Shown here: positions 10,075 to 20,157 of the stretch, in pieces
How positions within the stretch are numbered: the stretch's first letter is position 1
Layout: each line of letters begins with the position of its first letter
DNA from: Candidatus Levyibacteriota bacterium
GTDB taxonomy: Bacteria > Patescibacteriota > Microgenomatia > Levybacterales > GWA1-39-11
DNA length: 64,000 nucleotides
NCBI GenBank assembly: GCA_036788695.1
Contig: DAIQMY010000002.1
Coordinates: forward strand, 130,394 to 194,393
Direction: 5' to 3'
Notes under the pieces: model-generated
What the model was told of the DNA's origin: nothing
The model's input: the letters and a program-made list of their open reading frames with translations, nothing else
The model's database searches: none
Translations under genes and position numbers: made by a program

Positions 10075-10142
10075 CTAATCAACTTTTCACAAAAGTAGAA
10101 AAATACTAATAGGAGTTACAAGTAAACGGTTAATTTAAAATT

Positions 10143-10391
10143 ATGGCACACACAAAATCACAAGGTTCAGTAAAAACAAATAAAGATTCCATTTCAAAAA
10201 GACGTGGAGTTAAAGTTTTTGGTGGTCAAAACGTAATCCCAGGGAATATTATAGTGCGTCAGAAAGGTACTCGTTTTTTTCCAGGTGAAGGTACGGGTAT
10301 GGGAAATGACTTTACTATTTTTTCTATAGCAACAGGAGCTGTTACCTTTAAAAAAAAGCAAGGCAAAAAAATTGTTACAGTTTTAGCGTAA
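10143..10391 (+). CDS. rpmA: 50S ribosomal protein L27
   Basis: MAHTKSQGS...RRGVKVFGGQ...IIVRQKGT.F.PG is the L27 signature. Confidence 0.9.
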   Translation: MAHTKSQGSVKTNKDSISKRRGVKVFGGQNVIPGNIIVRQKGTRFFPGEGTGMGNDFTIFSIATGAVTFKKKQGKKIVTVLA

Positions 10392-10401
10392 GAACAAAAA
10401 T

Positions 10402-11211
10402 ATGGATGATGATAAAGTAATTGTTGAATTAGAAACAACACTTCTACAGCCTAATCCACTGCAACCAAGAGGACTTATTTCTCCGGAGTCGCTTACAGAT
10501 CTAGTAAATTCAGTTAGAGAACAAGGTATACTTGAGCCAATCGTGGTTGCAAATACTCCTGCAGGATATCAGATTATTGCTGGAGAAAGAAGATGGAGGA
10601 GTGCTAAAATATTAGGACTTCCAAATGTTCCAGTTGTTATAAAAAGTGTAACTCCGCAGGTGATGCTTGAAATGTCAATTGTTGAGAACGTTCAACGTGA
10701 AGATCTTAACCCAATTGAACGTGCTCAGGCATATAAAAGACTTATAGATGAATTTGGCCTGTCTGTAACTGAAGTCGCAAAGCGTGTGGGTAAAAGTCTT
10801 CCATATATCTCAAACACCATTCGTCTTCTCACGCTTCCAGACGCGATTAAAGACGCTTTGGCTGCGGGAGTTATAACAGAGGGTCATGTACGTCCGCTCG
10901 TATCTATTGGGGATCACAAGCTCATGCTTGCTGCATTTAAACGGATATTAGTTGAGGGAATATCAGTAAGAGGAGCAGAAGAGGTAGCGCGTCAAGTGAA
11001 ATCAGAAATTCAGGAAAAAGAGCCTCAGAGAAAAACGGCAAAACTTCACGTTCCTGAACTTGATGCGATTGCCGATTCTTATAAGGCAAAAAGAAGCCTT
11101 GATGAAGTTAAGGTTGATCAGACAAGTAAACAGGCAAGAATTGTAATTATTAAAAAGGGAGATCCAAATGAAACTACCCCATTTTTGAAAAGCCTTCTTG
11201 AGTCAATGTAG
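10402..11211 (+). CDS. parB: ParB/Spo0J chromosome partitioning protein
   Basis: ParB box region LQPNPLQPRG...EQGILEPIVV...YQIIAGERRWRSAKILGL, with an HTH region. Confidence 0.85.
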   Translation: MDDDKVIVELETTLLQPNPLQPRGLISPESLTDLVNSVREQGILEPIVVANTPAGYQIIAGERRWRSAKILGLPNVPVVIKSVTPQVMLEMSIVENVQREDLNPIERAQAYKRLIDEFGLSVTEVAKRVGKSLPYISNTIRLLTLPDAIKDALAAGVITEGHVRPLVSIGDHKLMLAAFKRILVEGISVRGAEEVARQVKSEIQEKEPQRKTAKLHVPELDAIADSYKAKRSLDEVKVDQTSKQARIVIIKKGDPNETTPFLKSLLESM

Positions 11212-11257
11212 TCTTTACTGTAGTCTTTCTTGCTTGTGAATTTTTCCAAAACTATTA

Positions 11258-11866
11258 TTATTTGGAGTATTTTGTATGCTCAACTAATCTCATTCTATTG
11301 ATTGGCCAGTAAACAAATGCTGACTTTCCAATGATCTTACTAAAAGGTACTAATCCCCAATCTCTTGAATCAGAAGAATATACTCTGTTATCTCCTAAGA
11401 CAAAATAACTATCTTTTGATACTTTAATATCCTCACCTTCGTGTGCAAAGCCTCTCGGTTGAGTGGTAATTGATGATGTAAGATAGGGTTTCTCATCTAA
11501 TACTTTTCCGTTCACGTATACCTTTCCATTCTGAATTCGTACAACATCTCCTGGTAACCCTATTATTCTTTTAATATAGTCCTTATCCTGATCAGGTGGA
11601 GCCTTAAATACTACAACATCCCCTCTATCCAGTGGACCGAAACGTTGAGACAAGAGATTAGTGAATACAAATTCGCCATTTATAAATGTAGGGAACATAG
11701 AATTCCCATTTACCTGAAAGGGGCGAAGAAGAAATGCATAGATGATAAAGAAAATTGCTCCAGCAATAGCTAATGTTTCTGCTATATCCAAAAGCCAATG
11801 CCAAGCGCGTCGTACAAATTCCATACGATATATTGTCCCGGATTCGAGCTCAGAAGTCAACGGCAA
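11258..11866 (-). CDS. lepB: signal peptidase I
   Basis: GNSMFPTF (Ser box), GDVVVFKAP, YIKRIIGLPGD and YFVLGDNRVYSSDSRDWG are the S26 motifs. Confidence 0.9.
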   Translation of the reverse strand: MPLTSELESGTIYRMEFVRRAWHWLLDIAETLAIAGAIFFIIYAFLLRPFQVNGNSMFPTFINGEFVFTNLLSQRFGPLDRGDVVVFKAPPDQDKDYIKRIIGLPGDVVRIQNGKVYVNGKVLDEKPYLTSSITTQPRGFAHEGEDIKVSKDSYFVLGDNRVYSSDSRDWGLVPFSKIIGKSAFVYWPINRMRLVEHTKYSK

Positions 11867-11899
11867 ATTTATTTTTTTGGTACAATTCAGGATGTTTAT

Positions 11900-11992
11900 G
11901 GAATCATAGCTCAGCCGCGATTAAATTGGGGTCAGCGGCAGAGCGCTGCATTCACATTTCAGATGTTATGGGTTCAAATCCCTTCGGATCCA
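11900..11992 (+). tRNA. aberrant tRNA-like element, possibly tRNA-Val(CAC), with a ~19-nt hairpin insertion in the D-loop
   Basis: Has a T-arm ATGGG-TTCAAAT-CCCTT, a 3' acceptor CGGATCC with A73, an anticodon arm CTGCA-TTCACAT-TTCAG, and U8-A9 with D-stem GCTC/GAGC. The D-loop is 28 nt and contains the stem GCCGC...GCGGC. The acceptor 5' strand GGAATCA pairs only 5/7. It could be a divergent tRNA, an intron-containing tRNA or a pseudo-tRNA. Confidence 0.35.
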
Positions 11993-11996
11993 CATA

Positions 11997-14900
11997 TTAT
12001 TGAAAATAATCAGCAATGCTTAGTCCGTAGTCATTTGCAAGTTTTTTCATAGCTTCCGTATTTCTAACCATTAACTGAAGACTTAATGGTACTTCAAGAT
12101 TTTTTGCGGCTACCTTTTCCATAATGGATCTGAGTAACCCTATTCTGTCAATGTTCCCAGAAGTTACTTGCTTTGCATACTCATTTTTTACGCTAAGCAT
12201 TGATGCTAAGACTCTTGTCCTCTCAATAATATTACAGTGGTTGTGCTCAAAAACTCGTCCCAGAAACGCTTTTGTAAAAGATTCATAATCACCGTCTCGA
12301 ATGAGATTAGAGATAACGTCTATATCTGCTTGACTTGCGGAAAGATACATATTGCGATCAATAACTCCTATTTTTTGAGTTTCCTCATCTACAACAAAAT
12401 TTCCTACATGTGGGTCAGACTGTAATAGGAACCTACTGTTGCTGTTTTGTAGGGCAGGATTTTGCATTTGATAAGCATAAAGTTTTAAAACAGAATCAAT
12501 TACTTCTCTCTTGTTATCTATTGGAACCGATGTGTCATTTAATAGTTGATTTAAAGTTCTTCCCGTAGCTCTTTCTTCGACTTTAAATTTATAACCATTT
12601 TTTATTGTTTCGGGAGCATAAAAAATATCAGTCCCTATTTGTTTGTTTACACCGGTAATGTTTGTTGCAAACGCAGCGTCGTCATCTAGAAATGTGGCAT
12701 CTCCTATGTCTGCTAGGCACCATTTCTGAGCGAGATCAACTACTAAAAGACCTGCTTGTACTTCTTTTTTGAATTTCCCTTTTTCTCCAACCTTTTCAAG
12801 TGTGTCATGAGCCAATTTATGGGATTCTCCAATTAGCGCTGCTGCATTTGGATTTAATAGCTTAATAACTACCTCTCTATTTCCCTCATCTGTAGTAAGT
12901 GTAGCTGCAATAGTTGTATTAAGGCTTCCTGCGCCTATAATCTCATGTACGGTTGCACCTTTCAAAACTTCTGCTACTTCTGGATTACTTTCTGCCATTT
13001 TCCAGACATTGTCCCACATCCAAAACTTATTGAGCCCCGGATTCTTGTCAAAACTGGAGGAAAGTCTTTCCCGAATCTCAGGTGACAGAGGATAAAGTTG
13101 TGTTAGTAGTTGTAGTGCTCGCACTCCTACGGCTCCGCTTGCTTCAACAGCTCCAACTATTGATTCAATAGCTGGGTCAACTTTTGCTTCTAGATTATCA
13201 ATTTCTGCCCCTTCCTCTTTTATATCTAGAATTTGTTTTATACGTTCAATAGTAAATCTATATTGTTGTTCACTTTCCTGAGCCAATTTAAACATGAGGG
13301 AATCTGGATGGTCTTGATACAACACCCCAAACTCTGAAACATCAGAAGTCTTTCCGTGAATTGCCTTATTGAGTCCTACTATCGCTTGTTCAGAGAGTTC
13401 ATCTTTAAATGTTGTATACGTTTTTGTTTCTGAATGGTATTGAAAATTTTCATTTACAACTTGAAGAAAGTCTACCCTATTTGAATCCAATCCTTTAAAT
13501 AAAAGCGGAGCCATCATTTTTGCGCCAGGAAAAGCCATGATCTTGGCATCTCCTTCGGTAATCGCTGTTCTGATAGATGACTCTAGAAAGCCATCCTTAA
13601 CACCTAAAGAAGAAATTAATATATCAGCTAGTATTTGTCTGTTTTCAGGTTTTGCAAATGCACCATATTCTTCAACAAGCGCTTTATGTGCGAGTGCAAG
13701 ACGTTCCGGCTCACTTCTTGTTTGAAGGGTTTTTACATATTCAGAAAAAGTTTTGAAGCGTTCACGTCCGCTTTCTGAAAATGCAAATCTTCCTGTTTGT
13801 ATGTCAAATTTTACCCCTATTTCTTTTTCATGATATTCTGAAGCAGGAATAAAAGTATGAGCCCAACCTTTTGCGTATTTTGTAGAAATTTCTGTAGCTT
13901 TATTTCCTCCTTGAGCCGTTGCAAAAAGCTCAGCAAATTTAAAGGAGGCCTTGGATGATATAAGGTCTGCACTAGCAGCTTTTACGAGTCCTGGTGAAGT
14001 TCCAGCAAGATATTTGTCAAAATTATCTTCAATCATAGACCTAAACTTTGAATAATCGTCAATACTATCCATTTGATTAGCTATTATAAAAAGCCCTTCA
14101 GGTCCGATTCTTTCAAAATTTTCAAGCGCATAGCGTGTTTTTTCATCAAGCGAAAGCTCTCTAGAATTTAAAGTTCTTTTATCAAGAACTCTTAAAAACA
14201 TTCCCTTCTCAGATCCATTTGGAAGTGTATCTTCTATAAATTCACCTAATGCAGAAAAATCTTTTTCCGAAATGTTTCCTGAGAGAATTTTTTCTATTGC
14301 AATTCTTGTTTGCCGTTCATACAAGACCCCTCCAATTGTGTCTGAGAACTCATTGTAGGATGCAGTAAGCCTATCTATCTCATATTGGGTTTTTTTATAC
14401 CGGGCGAGTTCATTGAGGTTTGATGCGGGAATTGGAGGCATGTTTATTGCGATTTCTTGTACCGGTTTCAGATGGGAGAATTGTGTAAAATTTGAAATAT
14501 TGACAGGATTTTTTATTTGTACTTGATATATATCTCCTAAATAGAAGCCAAACTCTGGAATCCTATTATCTCTTCGCAGGTTTATCACTGAGTTAAATAA
14601 TGTTTTGGTTTCCGTGGGTGACAGAGTAGATAAAAATTGTTGATGAGTAGAGATTGTACTATTTAGAAAAGTATAGAACTGCTCAGAGTCATTTGGGAAG
14701 AGAGTGGACGCTGTTGCAAGTTTTATTTGAAACTTTAGAAAATCTCCATTTTCATTCGATTCATCTACTGTTTGATTTGTTTTATGTTTCTCTCCGGAAA
14801 TTGTAGCTCTTATTGCAAATTCCGATCCTAAAGTAAGCGCGTCTATTTTCTCATTTATATAATTGGCTATCGTTAATCTTTCCTCATCCGTTGCATGATG

Positions 14901-16631
14901 AATGCTGAAATTTTCACTAAATAAATTTAACACATCAACAATATTCCCAATTTCGCGCGTGTCCATTTGCAAGGAGGTTTTTTCAATTTTTTTAAATGTC
15001 GAATCTATTAATTCAGTAGTTAGTTTATCTGGAGTTTGCTTTTCTTCAAAGAAGACATTGTTAAATATTTCCTTCAGTCTTATCTTTGGGTTTATGCTGT
15101 CATGCGTAGTATTCAAATTTTCCAAAGGAAAGTTTGACTTAGTAGGTATAATTCCCATGTCTTTTGCTTTCCTTAAAAAAGTTTCAACTTCCACTTCCTG
15201 AAGAGTTTTTTTTTCACTATTTGTACTGGTTATGTACTTTAACTCTGCAAACCTAAGTATAGAATTTCCTAAAAGCTTTCCGCATTGATTATTTTGCTCC
15301 TGTACTGTTTTTAAAACTTTTAAAAGAGCATCTTCGGTAATAGGAATGCTTGTTCCTTTAATTATTCCACTGTCTTGGTCATACATTTCACGAGTTAGCA
15401 CTTGAAGAAAGTCTATTGGTGCAGAACTGTCCCTAAAGTGTTCCTCCGGTGGGTTGTGAAACAGAATGTCTAACATTTTACTTCCCTGACCCTCTGCTTC
15501 ATATTTGGCTAAGCGCTCTGCTATTGAGACAAGTTCTTGAGGGTTATTAATTGTTGTGAAGGGAGCGTTTTCGTAAACGAATTGAGAGTGGAGAATAAAC
15601 AGAGAGATTTCAGCATCAATAGGTGTAAATCCGGAATGTGCGAGAGTTTGGGTAATATATTTTTCAACACATTTTACATTCTCTAGTTGGAACCTCATAT
15701 ATTTATTTTCTAAATCATAGCCTCTAGAGTTTCTAAGGACTGATATAGTTGTAGTAAGTAGGTCCTTGTGGTGCAGCTTAGGTAGTGCTTCCAATAGTTT
15801 TTTAGAGTTTTGGGTGTTCCAATAAGTTAACTCATTTATTATTTCCATGTTGGTTTTACGAGCGACTCCGTCTAGTAGTTTACTTTTTGGGGTAAGGTTA
15901 TTATTGCTAGTTTCATAGTCTCTAACTAAATGAATGCCTACATTTTCAGAGGCTCTGGCAAGACCTCCCTGGTGTAAAGTTCCTCCATGAACGCCTGAAA
16001 TTTTTTCTATTGCCGTTCCAAACGCAAGAGTGTTGTATCCTCCTTTTTCCAGTAGTTTTGGAGCGTCTTTATTATCTGCAGTCATCTCATGTAAACGGCC
16101 TACCGCCATTTGCGTTGTTCGGTTATCATGTGAGTGGGCATGTCTAGAAGTCTCATTTATGAGATGCCCAAGTTCATGAGCTAAAACAGAGGCAATTTCG
16201 TCTTCTGAGTCTAATGAGTTGAGTAAAGATTGGGAGACAAAGATTGTTCCTTCTTGAAAAACAAATGCATTTGGGTCTTTTCCTTTATTCATAACAACTA
16301 TTCGCGTTTTCAAATCAGAGTTATCCATAAGGCGGTTAACTATGTGGGTAAGATGCTCTGTCTTTGGTGTATTTATTTCAAGGTCATGAGTTCGCGAAAG
16401 ATACTCAAAATCTTCTTCAAGCCCACCATGTGCATGACCATCATGGTCTTGTTGTTCTATCTGCGGTTTAAGAATAGGAGTTTTTGAGGGATCAGATTCA
16501 TTGTCTATTTTATCTCTTTGAAAAATTTTTTGAACAATTTCCCTATGAGCGTTAATCGACTGTGTTTTCTGGTGGCTTCTTGAGTGTTTTTTATCAATTG
16601 CTTTTTGAGGTTCTTGAATTTGTGTTTCCAT
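11997..16631 (-). CDS. giant multidomain protein: N-terminal M48-like zinc metalloprotease module plus C-terminal UbiB/ABC1-like atypical kinase module
   Basis: A 1544-aa uninterrupted ORF. Residues ~150-215 read NAFVFQEG...VLAHELGHL...LHEMTADN (HExxH + ExxAD, M48 signature). The C-terminus reads EIIGAGSLNTTIAATL..DEGNREVVIKLLNP ... SDPHVGNFVVDEE..IGVIDRNMY, matching the ABC1/UbiB kinase lysine and catalytic-loop motifs. It has no N-terminal signal peptide and a His-rich N-terminus. Confidence 0.8.
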   Translation of the reverse strand: METQIQEPQKAIDKKHSRSHQKTQSINAHREIVQKIFQRDKIDNESDPSKTPILKPQIEQQDHDGHAHGGLEEDFEYLSRTHDLEINTPKTEHLTHIVNRLMDNSDLKTRIVVMNKGKDPNAFVFQEGTIFVSQSLLNSLDSEDEIASVLAHELGHLINETSRHAHSHDNRTTQMAVGRLHEMTADNKDAPKLLEKGGYNTLAFGTAIEKISGVHGGTLHQGGLARASENVGIHLVRDYETSNNNLTPKSKLLDGVARKTNMEIINELTYWNTQNSKKLLEALPKLHHKDLLTTTISVLRNSRGYDLENKYMRFQLENVKCVEKYITQTLAHSGFTPIDAEISLFILHSQFVYENAPFTTINNPQELVSIAERLAKYEAEGQGSKMLDILFHNPPEEHFRDSSAPIDFLQVLTREMYDQDSGIIKGTSIPITEDALLKVLKTVQEQNNQCGKLLGNSILRFAELKYITSTNSEKKTLQEVEVETFLRKAKDMGIIPTKSNFPLENLNTTHDSINPKIRLKEIFNNVFFEEKQTPDKLTTELIDSTFKKIEKTSLQMDTREIGNIVDVLNLFSENFSIHHATDEERLTIANYINEKIDALTLGSEFAIRATISGEKHKTNQTVDESNENGDFLKFQIKLATASTLFPNDSEQFYTFLNSTISTHQQFLSTLSPTETKTLFNSVINLRRDNRIPEFGFYLGDIYQVQIKNPVNISNFTQFSHLKPVQEIAINMPPIPASNLNELARYKKTQYEIDRLTASYNEFSDTIGGVLYERQTRIAIEKILSGNISEKDFSALGEFIEDTLPNGSEKGMFLRVLDKRTLNSRELSLDEKTRYALENFERIGPEGLFIIANQMDSIDDYSKFRSMIEDNFDKYLAGTSPGLVKAASADLISSKASFKFAELFATAQGGNKATEISTKYAKGWAHTFIPASEYHEKEIGVKFDIQTGRFAFSESGRERFKTFSEYVKTLQTRSEPERLALAHKALVEEYGAFAKPENRQILADILISSLGVKDGFLESSIRTAITEGDAKIMAFPGAKMMAPLLFKGLDSNRVDFLQVVNENFQYHSETKTYTTFKDELSEQAIVGLNKAIHGKTSDVSEFGVLYQDHPDSLMFKLAQESEQQYRFTIERIKQILDIKEEGAEIDNLEAKVDPAIESIVGAVEASGAVGVRALQLLTQLYPLSPEIRERLSSSFDKNPGLNKFWMWDNVWKMAESNPEVAEVLKGATVHEIIGAGSLNTTIAATLTTDEGNREVVIKLLNPNAAALIGESHKLAHDTLEKVGEKGKFKKEVQAGLLVVDLAQKWCLADIGDATFLDDDAAFATNITGVNKQIGTDIFYAPETIKNGYKFKVEERATGRTLNQLLNDTSVPIDNKREVIDSVLKLYAYQMQNPALQNSNSRFLLQSDPHVGNFVVDEETQKIGVIDRNMYLSASQADIDVISNLIRDGDYESFTKAFLGRVFEHNHCNIIERTRVLASMLSVKNEYAKQVTSGNIDRIGLLRSIMEKVAAKNLEVPLSLQLMVRNTEAMKKLANDYGLSIADYFQ

Positions 16632-16722
16632 TCATATTTATTATTGCAGAGTAAATTTATCAATTCAAGCTTTTTTGATCCGGGGCTTAGGATCAAGTAT
16701 AATACACACAGGCTGAATCTAT

Positions 16723-17793
16723 ATGAAAATTGTATTCATTACGAGCGCTTATTACCCGTCTATTGGAGGTGTTGAGACGCATGTGCGCTCCGTTGCGCGC
16801 GAATTAGTGAAGCGTGGTCACAAGCTTACTGTCATAACGGAAAATAAGCAGTCAAGGGGAAAGAGTGATAGTAAGGCTAGTAATTTAAAAAGTAACGTAT
16901 TATCAAGCCAATTTATAAGAAAAAAACTAGATCAAATTGATATATACTATTTCAAATTTGGTCAAGATACTTTTTTTAAAAAATTTAACATTTGGTATCA
17001 GCTTTTTAAAAACCGTGAGTTGTTTAGCTCAGCTGACATAATTCATGCGCACGATGTCTTCATTTGGTATCTTCCTTTACGGTTTTTTTATTGGAATAAA
17101 AAAATATATACTACATTCCATGGACATGAAACAGTTTTTCCTCCGACTGAAAAGGCCAAGTTTATAAGACGTATATCTGAGAAGCTGTCGTATGGGAATA
17201 TAATTATTGGTGAGTTTATAAAAAAATGGTACGGTACATATTCTAATCATGTGACGTATGGTGGAGTAAACAAGCGGTTACGAGACAAAGTTGCAATTAA
17301 AAAAAGAAATTCTGTAATAAAGTTATTGCTTATTGGAAGACTAGAGAAGGATATAGGGGTACACGTATACAAAGAAACATTGCGACAACTCACTGAGCGT
17401 GGAGTAAAATTTACATTTACTGTCTGCGGTCAGGGATCATTGGGTTCAGGATTGGAGCAGTATGGAGAGGTTTTAGGATTCGTAAAAGATGTTACACCGT
17501 ATATTAAAAAAGCAGATATTGTTTTTGCTTCCTCGTATCTTTCAATGCTACAAGTTTTACAGTTAGGAACTCCAGTTTTTGCAACGTACACAAACCCATT
17601 AAAACATGATTATTTGCGCGACTCACCATTTGAAAAATATATAACTATCTCTGACAGTGCAGAAGATTTGGCTCGTAAAGTAGCTATATTTAAGCCAAAT
17701 CTTAAGAAGCTCCAAGATGGAGCAAAATGGGCAAACGGAGAAACCTGGCAGAAGGTAGCGGATCTGTACGAAGATTTATGGACGACAAAGTAA
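16723..17793 (+). CDS. glycosyltransferase family 4
   Basis: N-terminus MKIVFITSAYYPSIGGVETHV (GT4 N-domain). The C-terminal GT-B domain is present. Confidence 0.85.
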   Translation: MKIVFITSAYYPSIGGVETHVRSVARELVKRGHKLTVITENKQSRGKSDSKASNLKSNVLSSQFIRKKLDQIDIYYFKFGQDTFFKKFNIWYQLFKNRELFSSADIIHAHDVFIWYLPLRFFYWNKKIYTTFHGHETVFPPTEKAKFIRRISEKLSYGNIIIGEFIKKWYGTYSNHVTYGGVNKRLRDKVAIKKRNSVIKLLLIGRLEKDIGVHVYKETLRQLTERGVKFTFTVCGQGSLGSGLEQYGEVLGFVKDVTPYIKKADIVFASSYLSMLQVLQLGTPVFATYTNPLKHDYLRDSPFEKYITISDSAEDLARKVAIFKPNLKKLQDGAKWANGETWQKVADLYEDLWTTK

Positions 17794-18701
17794 CAGTAAT
17801 TACTACAGTATTAAATGAGGAAGATTCAATTCTAACATTTCTTGATTCAATACATAATCAGACAAGAAGGCCCGATGAGGTTATTATTGTAGATGGAGGA
17901 AGCACTGATAATACTGTAAAGTTAATCCAAAGTTCTAAATTCACTCTAATTCAAAAAAAGGGGAACAGATCCACAGGAAGGAACACTGCCATTAGGGCGA
18001 GTTCAAACAATATAATTGCTGTTACAGATGCAGGATGTATTTTGGATACATATTGGTTAGAGCGAATAGTTGCGCCCTACATGAAAAAAGATATAGATGT
18101 GGTTTCTGGATTTTATAAGCCTCTTGCTACAACAATTTTTCAAAAATGTTTAGCTACTTATACGTGCACAATGCCAGACAGGCTTGATAAAAAGAATTTC
18201 TTACCATCCTCCCGATCTGTTGCTTTTAAGAAAGAAGCTTGGGAGAAGGTAAAAGGATATCCGGAGAATCTAGATACCTGTGAAGATTTAGTTTTTGATA
18301 AGAGATTGAAAAAAGCAGGTTTTGCATTTGTAATGGTGCCCAATGCTATTGTTTATTGGCCACAGCGCGAGAACATCTTTCAAGCGGCCAGACAGTTCTA
18401 TGGTTATGCGCGGGGTGATGGACGTGCTCGCTATTTTCGACTTTCCACTCCATTTCTTTTTGGCCGTTACCTTTTAGGAGTACTAATTGCTTCATATGCG
18501 CTTCTGACAAGCTTTTATCTGTTGCAAGCAGGTATTGTTGTTGCTTTCTTGGGATATCTCATCTGGGCTGTTTACAAGAACTCAAAATACATAAGAAGTT
18601 GGAGAAAATGTATATACCTGCCTCTTTTGCAGCTTGTTTCTGATGTTGCAGTTATTACAGGAACAACTTTAGGATTTATTACTTCTTTGAGAAAAGAGTA
18701 G
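17778..18701 (+). CDS. glycosyltransferase family 2 with C-terminal TM helices
   Basis: VTVITTVLNEEDSI...VIIVDGGSTDNT and DAGCILD motifs are present (the DxD region). The likely ATG is at 17778, 16 nt overlapping the upstream gene. Confidence 0.8.
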   Translation: MDDKVTVITTVLNEEDSILTFLDSIHNQTRRPDEVIIVDGGSTDNTVKLIQSSKFTLIQKKGNRSTGRNTAIRASSNNIIAVTDAGCILDTYWLERIVAPYMKKDIDVVSGFYKPLATTIFQKCLATYTCTMPDRLDKKNFLPSSRSVAFKKEAWEKVKGYPENLDTCEDLVFDKRLKKAGFAFVMVPNAIVYWPQRENIFQAARQFYGYARGDGRARYFRLSTPFLFGRYLLGVLIASYALLTSFYLLQAGIVVAFLGYLIWAVYKNSKYIRSWRKCIYLPLLQLVSDVAVITGTTLGFITSLRKE

Positions 18702-20157
18702 AATAGTGCCTCTTTCTGTATTGAGTTGTATAAAATTCCTTCACAACTAATTTTGCTCCCTCATAGCTACTATAATATGGGCTATCGTATGGTTTTTTGT
18801 AGTCTCCATTTTGAATGTGTGTGAGTACCTCAATTATGCCAGACTCAAGAGAATGTGTACTTGCGAAATGAAGAGTTTTTTTAATTTTTAAAAAAGATAT
18901 TTTGTAATTTGTTGCTGTATTTTTTCTTTCATATGAAATGTTAATTTTCTTTTTATCCTCTACAGTGAGTTTTACTAATTTTGCCAAATTTTTTAATTGG
19001 ATTCGTTGCGTATCATCTCCAACGTTGAAGATTTGCCGACTAACTTTTTCAAGTGGTGCCTCTAACGTTTTTATAAATGCATCTGCAATATCTGCAACAT
19101 GAATAAATGACCTCCATTGATTTCCATTTATGACACGTATATCTTTTTTGTAGTAGGCTTGTGCTGTGAATAGATTTGCAACAAGATCAAACTTAGGTTT
19201 TCGAGAATGACCAAACGCTGTTGAGATTCTAAGTATGGTTGGGTGAAATGAATCATGTGTGTCATGCAGTATTTCTCTTTCCGAATCTAATTTTGTTCTG
19301 GTGTATATTGAAGTGGGTTTTACTTTACTATTTTCATCAGCTACTCTCAGTCCAGATTCGTAAACTGCAGTTGTTGAAGCAAATATAAATCTGGAAATAC
19401 CAAGTGCCTTCACCGTTTCCTTTAGCATTTGAGTGGAGATTATATTAACATGTCTCGTCAAATTTTCATCTAGCGCTGCAGCAGGTTCTCCTACTATTCC
19501 TGCAAGATGAATTACTCCAGAAGCTCCTAAAAGCGCCCTTGTAAGAGTAAATGGGTCGGTGATATCTCCTTGTATTAACTCAAGCTGTTTTGCTGGTTTT
19601 ACATTTTTAAAAACATCTTTACCATATATAAACTTATCAATTACCCGTACAGCATAACCGCGTTGTAAAAGCTTTTCTACTAGAACGGTGCCAATAAACC
19701 CGCCTCCGCCAGTAACCAAAATTATTTTGTTTTTACTGTTCATATTTTTTTGTGAAATTGAGTATGCGCTTTTTTTAACGTTTAGAAAAATTCTCGGAAG
19801 TATTAAAAAGATATAGGTAAATATTGAAGAAAAAGAAACAAGTAAAAAATTTAGACGAAGAAGGTATAAAATAAATATAGCTAATAAGAAAGAACAAAAT
19901 AATACAAATATCTTTTGTTTAATTGGGCTGAGTCTATATTCTGAGTATAGACCAAAAAGAAGATTTCCTAGTGTAACAATAATCGGAAACAAAATGAGAA
20001 ATTGAATACTTATTTGTATACGTATAGAAAGTAACAATAATGAAACAAGGGAAGAAATGGCTACTGAAGCAGAAAAATCGTAAATAGCACGGCTTCTTAC
20101 TGGGTGATATATAATATTTTTGATTTTTTCAATTATGTTTTCCATATATGTTATCAA
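18679..20157 (-). CDS. membrane-anchored NAD-dependent epimerase/dehydratase (extended SDR; PglF/WbpM/CapD-like architecture)
   Basis: About 130 aa of N-terminal TM helices, then a Rossmann motif ILVTGGGGFIGTVLVEKL and YTRTK (the YxxxK catalytic motif). Confidence 0.75.
   Translation of the reverse strand: MITYMENIIEKIKNIIYHPVRSRAIYDFSASVAISSLVSLLLLSIRIQISIQFLILFPIIVTLGNLLFGLYSEYRLSPIKQKIFVLFCSFLLAIFILYLLRLNFLLVSFSSIFTYIFLILPRIFLNVKKSAYSISQKNMNSKNKIILVTGGGGFIGTVLVEKLLQRGYAVRVIDKFIYGKDVFKNVKPAKQLELIQGDITDPFTLTRALLGASGVIHLAGIVGEPAAALDENLTRHVNIISTQMLKETVKALGISRFIFASTTAVYESGLRVADENSKVKPTSIYTRTKLDSEREILHDTHDSFHPTILRISTAFGHSRKPKFDLVANLFTAQAYYKKDIRVINGNQWRSFIHVADIADAFIKTLEAPLEKVSRQIFNVGDDTQRIQLKNLAKLVKLTVEDKKKINISYERKNTATNYKISFLKIKKTLHFASTHSLESGIIEVLTHIQNGDYKKPYDSPYYSSYEGAKLVVKEFYTTQYRKRHYSTLFSKK

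Noticed and set aside
13537-13725. Short plus-strand ORFs inside the giant gene (also 12237-12425, 14902-15201, 16230-16487)
   Set aside because: All are embedded antisense in a long uninterrupted 4.6-kb ORF with coherent domain signatures.
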